From assembly GCA_009914755.4 (NCBI GenBank), contig CP068257.2, positions 38,048,001-38,112,000 of the forward strand: DNA of 64,000 nucleotides, read 5' to 3'. The number at the start of each line of letters is the position of its first letter. Position 1 is the stretch's first letter. Position numbers and translations under genes: made by a program. The notes under the pieces are model-generated. The model saw nothing but the letters and a program-made list of their open reading frames with translations, had not been told where the DNA came from and made no database searches. Below, one piece after another: positions 38,739 to 50,944 of this stretch. This DNA comes from the human T2T-CHM13v2.0 reference genome, Homo sapiens.

Positions 38739-39390
38739 TATACTGTGAGATAAAAGTCTTCTGATGGCTACATGCATCTCCAGGGCAAATAGCTAGGAAG
38801 GTGAGCAGGTTTGGTCATAGGTCAGTGACTTTTCTTTCCTTTGAATTCCCCAAAAGTCTTGGCAAGAGCTCCATAGCTTTCCCATTTTCTTTTTTTGTGT
38901 GTGTGTAATGCAGGTTATGAGACATACCATCCTCACTCTAATTTATATTTTGGGGGGAATTTAATAGATCCATTTTCTTTTTCATAGAGTTATGTTTGAT
39001 CATCAATCCAGGATCATCAATCCTGGGCTGATCTGGTGTGTTCAGAATTAAGATGAATTATTTCTACCATTAATCAGCTATTAATAATATAACATTTCCT
39101 TTTGCTGAAGTTTGTATAAAGAATTCTCTTACCAGGGAGCATCTGAGCCATAAGAAGCCTGCCACTCAGTGTTGCCAAAGGCAGACTTTTAGTGATGCTA
39201 ACTAGGGTGCCTCCCCTCTGTGGGTCTTCACCTTCCCCAATCCCACCCACCTGCTTGATATCTTAGAACTTGCCTATCCTCATGGGTTGACCTGGTGAGA
39301 GCCTGATTATGCTCACATAAAGTCACAACTTCACTAATTAGGCCCCAATAACTAGAGATTTGTTATACCTCAATGTGTTTAGCTCACGCT

Positions 39391-39487
39391 TTTTGTTATA
39401 CTCTGAGGGAAGTGTTTGCTAAGCAAATTAATAGTGTAATCAAGATCCCAGGGAGAATGCTTAAGAGCCAAAGGCAACATACAATAG
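39391..39487. repeat. Arm B of the inverted repeat, with an adjacent 17-bp tandem duplication at its outer edge
   Basis: ttttgttatactctgagggaagtgtttgctaagcaaattaatagtgtaatcaagatcccagggagaatgcttaagagccaaaggcaacatacaatag, followed by acatacaatagaatata duplicated in tandem. Confidence 0.85.
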
Positions 39488-39621
39488 AATATAACATACA
39501 ATAGAATATAATTGATCATTTAGATAAATAGCATAGGATCTTTCCTGAGAAACATCTTTTTAGGCAAATAATCTCAGATATTTGATAGACCTAGAAATCA
39601 TAAAGACCTTCTTTGGTTTGA

Positions 39622-39994
39622 GTTTTGATATAGGTTGGATTTGTGTCCCTGCCCAAATATCATGTCAAATTGTAATCTCCAGTGTCGGAGGGGAGCCTGG
39701 TGGGAGGTGATTGGATCATGGGAGCAGAGTTCCCCCTTGCTGTTCTCATTGATAGTGAGTGTGTTCTCACAAAATCTGGCTGTTTAAAAGTATGTAGCAC
39801 CTCCCCATTTGCTCTCTTCCTCCTGCCATGTAAGATGTGCCTGCTTACCCTTTGACTTCTGCCATGGTTGCAAGTTTCCTGAGGCCTCCTAAGCCATGCT
39901 TCCTGTACAGCCTGTGGAACTGTGAGCCAATCAAACCTCTTTTCTTTATAAATTACCCAGTTTCAAGTATTTCTTTATAGTATTGTGAGAACAG
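39622..39994 (+). mobile_element. THE1/MST-type MaLR solo LTR, forward orientation
   Basis: tgatataggttggatttgtgtccctgcccaaatatcatgtcaaattgtaatctccagtgtcggaggggagcctggtgggaggtgattggatcatggg...ccatgtaagatgtgcctgc...ctgtggaactgtgagccaatcaaacctcttttctttataaattacccagtttcaagtatttctttatagtattgtgagaacagactaatacaa. Confidence 0.55.
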
Positions 39995-40365
39995 ACTAAT
40001 ACAAATGTGCTCCCCCAAAGTTTATGTGTTAGAAACTTAACCCCCAACTGCAAAGTGTTGGGAGATGGAGCCTAATAAGAGGTGATTAGGTCCTGAGGGA
40101 TCTGCCCTCATGAGTGGATTAATGTTGTTATCATGAGAGTGGTTAGTTATTGTGAAAGTGGGTTGTTATAAAAGCAAGTTTGGCCCCCTTCCCCCTCTTG
40201 CTCTCTTGCTCTCACCCTCTCTTGCCCTTCTGTGTCCCACCATGGGATGACACAGCACAAAGGCCCATACCAGATGATATTGCCATGTTTTTGGACTTCC
40301 CAGCCTCCAGAACCATAAGCCAAATACATTATTTTCCAGGAATTATTATCTTTATTCGACATTTT
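39995..40365 (+). mobile_element. Second MaLR LTR (MST-like) directly abutting the first
   Basis: ccccaaagtttatgtgttagaaacttaacccccaactgcaaagtgttgggagatggagcctaataagaggtgattaggtcctgagggatctgccctcatgagtggattaatg...tggacttcccagcctccagaaccataagccaaatacattattttcc. Confidence 0.45.
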
Positions 40366-41091
40366 TTGTTTCAATTTTCTTTTTTTTCTTTTTTATTATA
40401 CTTTAAGTTCTGAGATACATGTGCAGAACATGCAGGTTTGTTACATAGGTATACATGTGCCATGGTGGTTTGCCGCACCCATCAACCCGTCATCTCCATT
40501 AGGTATTTCTCCTAATGCTATCCCTCCCCTTGCCCTCCATCACCCGACAGGCCCCAGTGTGTGATGTTCCCTCCCTGTGCCCGTATGTTCTCATTGTTCA
40601 ACTCCCACTTATGAGTGAGAACATGTGGTGTTTGGTTTTCTGTTCCTGTGTTAGTTTGCTGAGAATGATGGTTTCCAGCTTCATCCATGTCCCTGCAAAG
40701 GACATGAACTCATTCTTTCTTATAGCTGCATAGTATTCCATGGTGAATATGTGACACATTTTCTTTATCCAGTCTATCCTTGCTTGGCATTTGGATTGGT
40801 TCTAAGTCTTTGCTATTGTGAGTAGTGCTGCAATAAACATATGTGTGCATGTGTCTTTATAGTAGAATGATTTATAATCCTTTGGGTATATACCCAGTAA
40901 TGGGATTGCTGGGTCAAATGGTATTTCTGGTTCTAGATCCTTGAGGAATCGCCACACTGTCTTCCACAATGGTTGAACTAATTTACACTCCCACCAACAG
41001 TGTAAAATTGTTCCTATTTCTCCACATCCTCTCTAGCATCTTTTGTTCCTGACTTTTTAATTATTGCCATTCTAACTGGGTGCTGAACCTA
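40366..41091 (-). mobile_element. L1PA-type LINE-1 3' end (3'UTR plus end of ORF2), antisense
   Basis: ttttttttcttttttattatactttaagttctgagatacatgtgcagaacatgcaggtttgttacataggtatacatgtgccatggtgg...cccacttatgagtgagaacatgtggtgtttggttttctgttcctgtgttagtttgctgagaatgatggtttccagcttcatccatgtccctgcaaaggacatgaact...gggtatatacccagtaatgggattgctgggtcaaatggtatttctggttctagatccttgaggaatcgccacactgtcttccacaatggttgaactaatttacactcccaccaacagtgtaaaa. Confidence 0.8.
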
Positions 41092-41650
41092 CCACAGCGC
41101 AGCAAAGCCACTGTAGCCAGACTGCCTCTCTAGATTCCTCGTCTCTGGGCACGGCATCTCTGAAAGAAAGGCAGCAGTCCCTACCTGGGGAAGGGGCAGC
41201 TGTGGGCGTAGCTTCAGCAGATTTAAATGTTCCTGCCTGCTGGCTCTGAAGAGAGCAGCAGATCTCCCAGCACAGAGCTCGAGTTCTGCCAAGGGACAGA
41301 CTGCCTCCTCAAGTGGGTCTCAGAGCCTTGTGCCTCCTGACACCTCCCAGCAGTCGTCGACAGACACATACAGGACAGCTCTGGCTGGCATCTGGCGAGT
41401 GCCCCTCTGGGACAAAGCTTCCAGAGGAAGGAGCAGGCAGCAATCTTTGCTGTTCTGCAACCTCCTCTGGTGATACCCAGGCAAACAGGGTCTGGGGTGG
41501 ACCTCCAGCAAACTCCAGCAGACCTGCAGAAGAGGGGCCTGACTGTTAGACGGAAACAGAAAGCAATAGGATCAACATCAGCATAAAGGGTGCCCAGGCA
41601 AAAACCCCATCAGAAGGTCACCAACATCAAAGACCAAAGGTAGATAAACT
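41092..41650 (+). mobile_element. L1PA-type 5'UTR fragment, sense, directly abutting the antisense 3' end
   Basis: ctgcctctctagattcctcgtctctgggcacggcatctctgaaagaaaggcagcag...ggggaaggggcagctgtgggcgtagcttcagcagatttaaatgttcctgcctgctggctctgaagagagcagcagatctcccagcac...gatacccaggcaaacagggtctggggtggacctccagcaaactccagcagacctgcagaagaggggcctgactgttagacggaaacagaaagc...catcaaagaccaaaggtagataaac. Matches the L1PA 5'UTR up to the ORF1 start. Confidence 0.7.
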
Positions 41651-44199
41651 TCTGTTCATCAAAAATTACCCTGTCTCAGGTATTCTGTTAGAGCAGCAGA
41701 AAATCAATTCTAACAAAGCTAGACTTCTTTTCGGATTATTCTATAATCCGGATTGGTGTGACTTCACCCGAAATTGTGTGAATGAGAACTATGAGTATAC
41801 TTCAAAGGATTTTTCAGATGCAGAATTATATTTTATAAAGATTTTATTAGTTTTTAAGTCTTAAACAAGATATATAATCTTTTCAGATGATTCCAACTTA
41901 AATATGGGTGACTTGCTAATCAATTCACTTCTGTTGTTTAGTTTTCTTAAATTTAAAAATAGCATTTATCTGCCCACATAAAGACTTGACCATATGTGTT
42001 CATAGCAGTTTTTATTTACAGTTATCCAAATCGGAAACAATTTAAATGTCCATCCACAGAAAAATAAAGTTTTATTATGTTCACCCAATGAAATGCTGCT
42101 TACCAATGCAAAATGAACAAACTAATGATACAAGCAACGTGGATAAATCTCAAAAATATTATGCTAACCAAAAGAAGCCAGATATAAAAGTATCCATGCT
42201 ATATAATTTCATTAATAAGAATCCTAGAAAAGTTTAATCTTACCCTACAGTGGAGTGGGAAGAGGACAGGGTCCCAAGCAGATGCCCAGGAAGCAAAAAA
42301 AAAAAAAAAAAAAAGGCTCTATTAAACTAGACACATTTTGATGTGCAGTTCCAGACCTTGGTGCCTACCCTGATATCACATGAAATGCTGAAATGCTGTG
42401 CATGTGCATGGAGGTATGAGCAGTGATATTCTAAAGCATTATTTTTAATGATAAAAACAGGTTTTAAATGTCCATCAGTAGGGGAAGACTAAATACCCCA
42501 GATATTGTACATCTGTGTTGTGGAGCCCTCTGCAGTATTTACAAAGAATTAGATGGAATGCCCTTGGGAGAAAAAAAATGTAAGTTGTAATAAAGCTCTA
42601 TATTTTATAAATTTATCTAAATGTGGAGGGAATGGTCTGAAGAGAATCATACCATGTGATTATTTTAAGTGACCCTGTAAGGAAGGGACAACGATTTGGG
42701 GCAGGAGTCGGGGGGTCAAATGTCTTCTTTTGTTAAGACACAGCTATTATGAATACTGCTGTGATGAAAATACAAATGCATGATGTCTTTTTGGTATAAC
42801 GGTTTATTTTCCCATTGGGTACAGATGGACATAAAGATGGCAACGTTTGATACTGAGGACTGTAACCACCTGATGGGATCTTCCTGCCTGCTGCATAAAG
42901 AAATGTTAGCAGCAGTGAATCTGTATGGTTCTGCAGCCACTTCAGTTCTTGACTCCTCAGAAGAAAGAATTTGACTGAGGGGCATAAGGCAGAGGGAGAG
43001 ACCAAGGCAAGTTTTTTAGAGCAGGAATGAAAGCTCATTAAACAGTTTTAGAGCAGGAATGAAAGGAAGTCAAGTACACTTGGAAGACAGGCAAACAGGT
43101 CACTTGAGAGGTCAAGTGCACTGTTTGACTTTTGACTTGGGGTTTTATACCTTGGCATGCTTCCAGGGTGTTGTGTCCCTTCTCCCCTAGTTCTTCACTT
43201 GGGGTGTGCTGTCCACATGAGCAGTGGTCTCCCAGCCCTTGGGAGGGGCTGTATTTGCAGTGTGTTTACTGAAGTCGTACACATGTTCACTTGAGGCATT
43301 TTTCCCTTTGCCAGTTGAATGTTCGTAGAGGAAGGTCATATAGCAATTAAGCTCTGCCATTTTTCCTCTTATTGTGCATGCTTGAGCCCACTTGCCCAAC
43401 TCCTGAGATCTTACTGGGGAGCTGCTGATCACCAGTTTCAGGTGTTTCTGTTGGGAGACTGCCTTTCCCTGGTGCCAGTTGTGACTAATTATTATATTAT
43501 TTTAGAGAGACAGTTTAACAACCACCTAACCATCACCTGATGGTCACCTGACATTCTTGGTTGTGGGGGCCCTCTCCTGCCCTGCTCATGTGTGACTAAC
43601 TACCTACCATAAAACATCCCCCCCTTAAGAGTCCAAGATCCCAATTCTTTGGGGGAAAGATGGTTAGTCTTCTATAACTGCTTCCTGCTGACAGAGGACT
43701 GGTGGTGGTTGTTCTGTAGGTCTTGGCCTCTTGCTAGCTGTCCTCCTGCATGCTGAATCACTTATGTGTGGGGGCCACAGGAGTGGGGTTGGTGGGTCTA
43801 GGTGGTGTCATGGGTGTCAGACTTGCAAAAAATCTGAAAAGATATCTCAAAAGGCCAAGCTACAATAGTGATGTTATTTGCAGGAGTAATTGAGGAAGTT
43901 GCATAGTTTCTAACCTCTGGAATAATGGCTGGTAATCGTTTCTGTCTGTACCTTAGCAGGTCTCAGGCTCCTTTCCTCCCCACAGCCTAATGGCCTGCTA
44001 TTAGCTTTACAAAAGTGATTGAGTTCTGGGCAAGGCTTCTTATCATTTAAATGATAGCCTAAATGTCTTTCAAAGTTAGCTCAGCCCAGTAGCCCAGGAA
44101 TAATTAAGGGAAAGGCAAGATGGGTGGTGGGTTAGCTCAGCTCACTGTTATAATTGCTCTCCTGATATAATTTTTGCAAAGGCAGTTTCAGGACTATTT

Positions 44200-44356
44200 A
44201 GGGGGGATGGAGGGGAGCAAGGGCTCAAAAGCAATCAGCTGCTATGCTCACTACCTGGGTGATAGGATTTGTGCCCCAAATGTCAGCATCACACAATATA
44301 CCCATATAACAAACCTGCACATGTACCCCCTGCACCTAAAATAAAAGTTGAAATTT
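44200..44356 (+). mobile_element. Short LINE-1 3'-terminal fragment, sense
   Basis: ...cacaatatacccatataacaaacctgcacatgtaccccctgcacctaaaataaaagttgaaa resembles the L1 3' terminus (catgtatacatatgtaacaaacctgcac..gtgcacatgtaccctaaaacttaaagtataataaaa). Confidence 0.45.
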
Positions 44357-44389
44357 TTTTTTTTTGAAAAGGACAGTCTTTGTCATAAA

Positions 44390-44530
44390 CTTCCTGGGGC
44401 TCAAATCCAAGCTTTGCCTTCTACTGTGTGACTTCGTGCAAGTTATTTCATTTATTTGGGCCTTAAATTCCTCATCTCTAACATAAGGATAAAATAACAT
44501 TACCTATGTGTTATAAAACCATTGAGCAAA
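44390..44530 (+). mobile_element. MIR SINE fragment
   Basis: ctactgtgtgacttcgtgcaagttatttcatttatttgggccttaaattcctcatctctaacataaggataaaataacattacctatgtgttataaaacc matches the MIR core (ctgtgtgaccttgggcaagttacttaacctctctgagcctcagtttcctcatctgtaaaatgggg). Confidence 0.4.
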
Positions 44531-45899
44531 GTAAAAAAAAAAATAATCAGAAAGTGCTTCTAGGAGGCTTGCATAGACTAAAAACTCCACAAATGTTAGC
44601 TATTATATTGTGAGTGGTGAGCAAAAACGACTTCAGTTTTATGTAAAGTGTCTGAATTTTATACCGTGAGACTGTATTTTCAATGTATTATAAGTGTAAT
44701 TAATAATAATAATTTTAAAAATAAATAGATAAAGTAACAGAAGTAGAAATGCAGATGACTCTGTCAAGAAGTTTAAAGAAAAGAAGGGGAAGAAAGGCAG
44801 CTCAGGGAAAAGAAGTGAAACATCTCCATTTAAACATAATGTGCTTCACACGTGTTCACAAGTCTGCACTGTGGGTTTAAGTTCTAAGCTCAATACCAGC
44901 TAGTTGAGTAACATCAACCCTTAAAACTCACTGCTTTACTGATAATGCAAATGACCTGGAGAGACATAAAATAGGAGCAGAAGTTTACCTTAAAAATCAC
45001 AAATTGATGTCCATGTCTTAAGAGAAATTTATCAACATAACTAGAAAGCAGTTGAAGCCAAGAACTAAAGTGCCCTGTGAAAAAAATAAAGCATGATTTG
45101 CACAGTTCCCAGGTTCAGAATACATGGGCAAGCTAGATGGCAAGACCAGGGAAAACTCTGGTGGACACTAAATTAATTGCTGGCTGGCCACGCTTCTATG
45201 ACACCAAGAGATATATCTAAGCCCCTACCACACATCCACCTGCAGTGCCAACAGAGGATGCTGGGTGGCAGGTGGGGTTCGTAGCTAATGCTGAAATTTG
45301 CATCACTTTAAGACACCAGTGTCATCATAGCCCAGTGTCATCATAAGTGCACATTTAGAATTGAGGTGTATTCACTCCTGCATTCTAACGTAGAAAAGGT
45401 CCACTTCCCATCTGGTGTCTGTGGCCAGATGGAGGTGTAGGGTCTTAGGAAAGCAATATGTCTTGAAATATTCATAATGAAATAATGTCAATTGAAATAA
45501 ACCACATCAACAAAACCTAGTAGCTGACCCTACTCTTTGGTTTTCAGTCTTTAAAAATTCAGAAGGGAAATGCATCTAAGCAATTCCAATGCACCCAGTT
45601 TCCCCATTTACTAGTTGAGTAATGTAAAGGAAACAACTTGACTTTTCTAAGCTTATCTATTAATACAAAACAATGCAATGAGCGTTGCCAGGCCCTAAAT
45701 ATTGGGAGCACTTGCCTTGGGCCAGAAGCTCAGCATGGGGTCATGGCTTACACATGGTGAGTCCTGGCTACTCCACAGGGTGGCTGACTTCCTTCCTTGT
45801 CTCTTCCATCTACACAACCTGTGAGGAGGAAGTCACTTGACCAAATGAAAAATCTAAAACTAGGAAGCCTAAAAGTGTGGTTCAAATCTCACAGTTTAC

Positions 45900-46700
45900 T
45901 ATGTTTATCACGTTTACTCTGGCAGAGCTCATCAGCTTGAAAACCTCGTTTCTTTACCAGGGAATCCACTCTGGGGAAGCAACAGTCCAAGATGTTACTG
46001 GAAAGGAGTCCCAATCCAGATCCCAAGAGAAGGTTCTTGGATCTCGTGCAAGAAGGAATTCAGGGCGAGTCCATGCAGTAAAGTGAAAGGGGCTGCTGGT
46101 TGCCCATGTTTATGGTTATTTCTTGATGATATGCCAAACAAGGGGTGCATTATTCATGCCTCCCCATTTTAGACCATATAGGATAACTTTTTGACGTTGC
46201 CATGACATTTGTAAACTGTCATGGTGCTGATGGGAGTGTAGCAGTGAGGACGACCAGAGGTCTCTTCCGTTGCCATCTTGGTTTTGGTGGGTTTGGCCAG
46301 CTTCTTTACTGCAACCTCTTTTATCAGCAAGGTTGTTATGACCTATATCTTCTGCTGACCTCCTATGTCATCCTGTGACTAAGAATGGCTTAACCTCCGG
46401 GGAATGCAGCCCAGTAGGTCTCATCCTTATTTTACCCAGCTTCTATTCAAGATGGAGGTGCTCTGCTTCAAACTCCTCTGACAAAACCATCAGAAACCAG
46501 AGAGAAGGCAGACGCCTCAAGGTGACGCTGGCCAAGACCCAGACAGGCATCATGTGTCCCAGTGGAGACTGGCTCGTGATGACACCTGAGCCACAGACGA
46601 TCCCTCTCACACCTAGATGCTATCTAAGGCCGATGGCAACCGGATGCCACCCTGAGCATGAGGTAGGAGGCAATTAACCCCTGGTTGGCTGAATTGACCC
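45900..46700 (+). mobile_element. ERV-class LTR-like interspersed repeat (family not confidently assigned)
   Basis: Segment ...ccatataggataactttttgacgttgccatgacatttgtaaactgtcatggtgctgatgggagtgtagcagtgaggacgaccagaggtctcttccgttgccatcttggttttggtgggtttggccagcttctttactgcaacctcttttatcagcaaggttgttatgacctatatcttctgctgacctcc... is a sequence I recognise as a multi-copy human repeat but cannot name from memory. Confidence 0.3.
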
Positions 46701-48006
46701 AGAGAACGGAGTTGACCTTCAGTTATCAATGTTGAACATTCTTCTAAGAAGACGTGAGGAGAGCTTGAGATAGAAATTAAATTCAGACATACTCAGCATG
46801 TAAAAATAAGGGATGTTCCATCTGTTGCCCACCCGAGGATAATGGATTGACACTTCAGGGACTTTAGCAATATGCCAGGCACTGTGCTAAGTAACTGACA
46901 CTGATTAGACCGTTTAATAATTACAACTGAATGGGTGGTTAATGATTGTTATTTCATTGTTTTAGATGAGAAGCTCAGAAAAGTCAAGTAGCTTCGTTAA
47001 GATTGCACAACTAGTAAATGAGGGAATCGGGAGTGCTGGGATTTTTAAGGTGCATTTCCCTTCTGAATGGCTGAAAACTGCAAAGTAGAGTCAGTTAGAC
47101 ATCCAGCTATCAGCTTTATGCATTGGGTCCTATGGTAGAGAGAATGTATCTCAGGTCTGAGCCTGAACTTTCACCCTCATGCTCCTTCATAGCCCCATGT
47201 CTCCAGAGTCTGGGCTTCAGACATTGCCCTGGGTCAGGATTCCCAGGAAACAGACTCTGAGATGGAGATGTGCATGCAGGTGGTGACTGGGAATGGCTCT
47301 GAGGAACAGCCCCTGTGTGGGAGGGAGGGAGCAGGATGCCGCAGGAGAAATTAAAGTGCAATAGGGATGCAACTGAGGCCTCAGCTGATCTCACGGAGAG
47401 CTTTGAAGCTTGGGTGGCATTTCAGAGATGCCTTGAATTAAAGTTTTGGGACTGGGTCTTTGTATCCTAGCATCACTGGATGCAGTCACTGGATGCAGGC
47501 TACCCCTGGCGTCTGAGGAATGCGCACCCTGAACTGAGGGCAGGAGTTGGCCAACATACCACAGAACCACTGCAGTCCACCTGCAGCATTCCGCCACGTT
47601 CCAGAAGCTCGCTTGATGTGGGCAGAGCTCGTCTGGGACTTGGTTGGTCTCTTCCTGGATAAACCTACAATGGAAAGGTTATTGAGACAAACTGATGTCT
47701 CTGTGCTGAAGTGATCTTGGGACAATGACAGATACTCATGACCTCCCGCATCTACTACCCAGTCTTGATTCTCCTCACCCCCAGCTAGCACTGCTAGACT
47801 TAGACTTTGATGGTCCAGGGTGGGGGCTGCCCAGACTCTCATCCCTCGGGGTCTCCTTCCTCTGCTCACCATACCTTCCTTGGTTCACGACTGAGGTGCC
47901 CTCCATTTGTTATCAATATTCAGTCAGCAAGGACTAATAAACACCTCCGTGGATCATGTGGGTGCTGAAGGTGTTCTTCCTTCCTTCCATGTGCAACGGC
48001 AGGCTC

Positions 48007-48300
48007 TTTTTTTTTTTTTTTTGAGACGGGTCTCACTCTGTCGCCAGGCTGGAGTGCAGTGGTGCGATCTCTCGGCTCACTGGAACTTCCACCTCCCGGA
48101 TTCAAGCGATTCTCCTGTCTCAGTCTCCCGAGTAGCTGGGACTTTAGGTGCGCCCCACCATGCCCAGCTGATTTTTGTATTTTTAGTAGAGGCAGAGTTT
48201 CACCATGTTGGCCAAGATGGTCTCGATCTCTCGACCTTGTGATCTGCCCACCTCAGTCTCCCAAAGTGCTGAGATTACAGGCGTGAGCCACTGCACCCCA
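48007..48300 (-). mobile_element. Alu SINE, relatively young (many CpGs intact)
   Basis: t(15)gagacgggtctcactctgtcgccaggctggagtgcagtggtgcgatctctcggctcactggaacttccacctcccggattcaagcgattctcctgtctcagtctcccgagtagctgggactttaggtgcgcccc...ggcgtgagccactgcacccc. Confidence 0.9.
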
Positions 48301-50944
48301 CCAGAAGCCTCTTTTTTAATGATTAGGGCCAATTAATCCTTTCAGATGGTGACACCTTTTCTTGCTGCTGGTTGTATGGCAAAAGAAGCCTGAAGTGTCA
48401 GGGAGGCAGTCCCAGCTTAATGTGTAATGAGACTCTCGCTGTGTCCCTTAGTGGGAAAAGTCCCCCTCTGGGGAGCTGCAACGATGGGAAGCACAGTTCT
48501 CTAAGTGAGCCACTGGGAGCAATCATAAGTAGGGCAGCACTCCTTCCAGCCACTGAATCCCATACTCATGGTAGACCTTCTGGGGACACAATACCATGCC
48601 TTTGTTATTGATTTCAAGAGAATATTGCATCTTGGAGTGTAGTGCCCCATCCTTGCAGGAGATTATCTCCAAGCTGTATCCTCAAAGGGTAGCTTCTTTG
48701 AGCTATCAGGACAGAAGCTCCAGGGCAGTGCGGGATGTGATAGGACTGGTGAACCCATGCTCACTTGCACGCTGTCAAACTTCTTTTGCTGTGAAGCGGG
48801 TCCCTGGGTCCAAAGGCAAGTCGTGCAGGATTCACGTGGGTGGACCAGACGTTTTGTAAACCCTCGGATAGTGATGGTGCCTGAAGTTCTGTGGAAAGGA
48901 AAGCCAAACTCCCACCAGGATATGAGTTAATTCCTGTCAAGCAGAATCATTCCCTTCCAGACTGGCTGGTTGGTCTCTGAGTGATTGTGCCATACTGGGG
49001 GCTCAGGGTTGTTCTCTGTGGCTTGCAGGTTGGGTATTTAGTAGCTAGATCAGCCTTGGTGAGTTGGAGACCATGCTGTTGGGTCCATGCATAGCCTCCT
49101 TCCCTGTCACCACAGCTGCTTCGTTCATGGGTTCATTGGGCCACTACTGGAGTGAGCAGTGAGTGAGGAGGGCTGAACCTCGGCTGGCTGAGTCATTCTC
49201 CCTCCTTGTTGTTTGATGTCTCTTCCACGGTGAATGCTGTCTTGGGGAAACTAACATAGAACATGACCATCTTTATGTTTAATGCTCATCCTGACAGGAC
49301 CATTCACAGGCCTCCTTGTCCCAAACTTTGAATTTTTCTTCTTGTAAGTCACTCAACAACCAGCCAAGCCATTCACCACTGCCAGTGAATCTATATGTGT
49401 TTTAACCTCGGGCCACTTTTGTTTCCGCTCCAAGTAGATGACATTGGGAAGAAGTCCCTCATTACGTCTTTCAGGGGCACCCTGAATTATCAGGGGCTGT
49501 AGTGCAGGAATAGTCCATTTTCAGCTAGTACCATGTAGCAAGTTTACCCATCTGCCATCTGTGAACCAAGCATTTCCCTCCCTGCTCAGCAGGTAAAAAG
49601 GGACAAGCCCCTTTCCCTGCCACCGTGTGGTCACAGGAGTTAACTGAAGGGAAAGCACTGGTTAGAAGTGGTGGATGACAGGCAGGGCTGGGTGTGGGAG
49701 AGTGTCTCGGACACCTGCCACTGCAACTTACAAGTGCCTTCTGGCCCTACTGGTGCTCCATCATGAGAATTATTTGCAGATTGCTTGTCTGACCTTATGA
49801 GTTAGGGGGTCCTGACCTGAACCCAGGTCATGGTGGGCTGGCTGCATGGTCCTTGTTGCCATGGTTAGGTAGCAGGACAAAGCTTTTTTCAAATAGTGCA
49901 TATTTTTCTGCTGCTAATGATGTGAGCTTGCTCTAGACCTAAGGGTCTGTGCTGTGATTCTCCTGTTGAGACTTGTCTTAACTGCCACCTGGTGTCTTTT
50001 CCCACTAGGGCCTGCCGGGCTGTATGGGCCCAACAGCAGGGACACTTGCACCTCAGCCTGGACCTGCTGCCCTGCTCTTCCTTCTCTGGGTCTCATGCAA
50101 AACTGGCATCTTTCATGTCGCAGGATAAGTGTGTTTCAGCAATGTTCCCAAGGGTGGGAAATGCTGCCTCCAGAATCCAGAGAAGTCTGCTGGGCCTTGT
50201 GCTTCCTTCTTAAAGGTGGGAGGTGTAAGGTGCAATAATTTTATGTTTTACTTTAGAGGGAATGTCCCAGCAAGCCCCAGACCACTGGATCCTTACAAAC
50301 ATACTGATCTATGGGGTTCCTGATCTTCATAGGGTTTCTCTCTTATCTTTCTTCCCACCTCCTGGCAACATACTTGTTGCATTTTGTTCATTCAGCCTTA
50401 ATGTGTCCACATAGTGGACCAACATGATGCACTGTGGAATGTCCACAAGGTCCCGGTCTTTTCAGCCTGTATCCTGACAGAGAGCTGGAGAATTAACATC
50501 GCCCTGGGAAGAGCTGTGAATGAGTACTGCTATCCATCCCACGTGAGCGCGAGCTGCTCCTACTCCTCTCTGCTGATAAAGAGGAGAAACCGCATTCATC
50601 GGTTGCTTGGCTGTGTGCCTTGTCTATGGTCACTGGCTCTAGAAAAAGTTCTACATGGGCTCAGCAGCTGTGCTTGGGACTACACTTAGGTGAGTTTGCA
50701 GTACTTCACTTTCACCTTCTAAGATGTCTGTGGCTTGGAAGCAGCCTGATTAGTGAATGAAAAAGGGATATGATGGAATCCATTGGCCTTGCTTCCCTTG
50801 CATCTACTGTTTCCCTTGGGATACAATATTGTTTTTGATTTACTGTCTTGGCCTGAAGGCAAACATAAGTTTTTGCTTGGCTTACCCCACTGTGATAGCT
50901 CTTACTCTGCAGAACAAGGAATCTATACATGGTGTATTTGTTTA

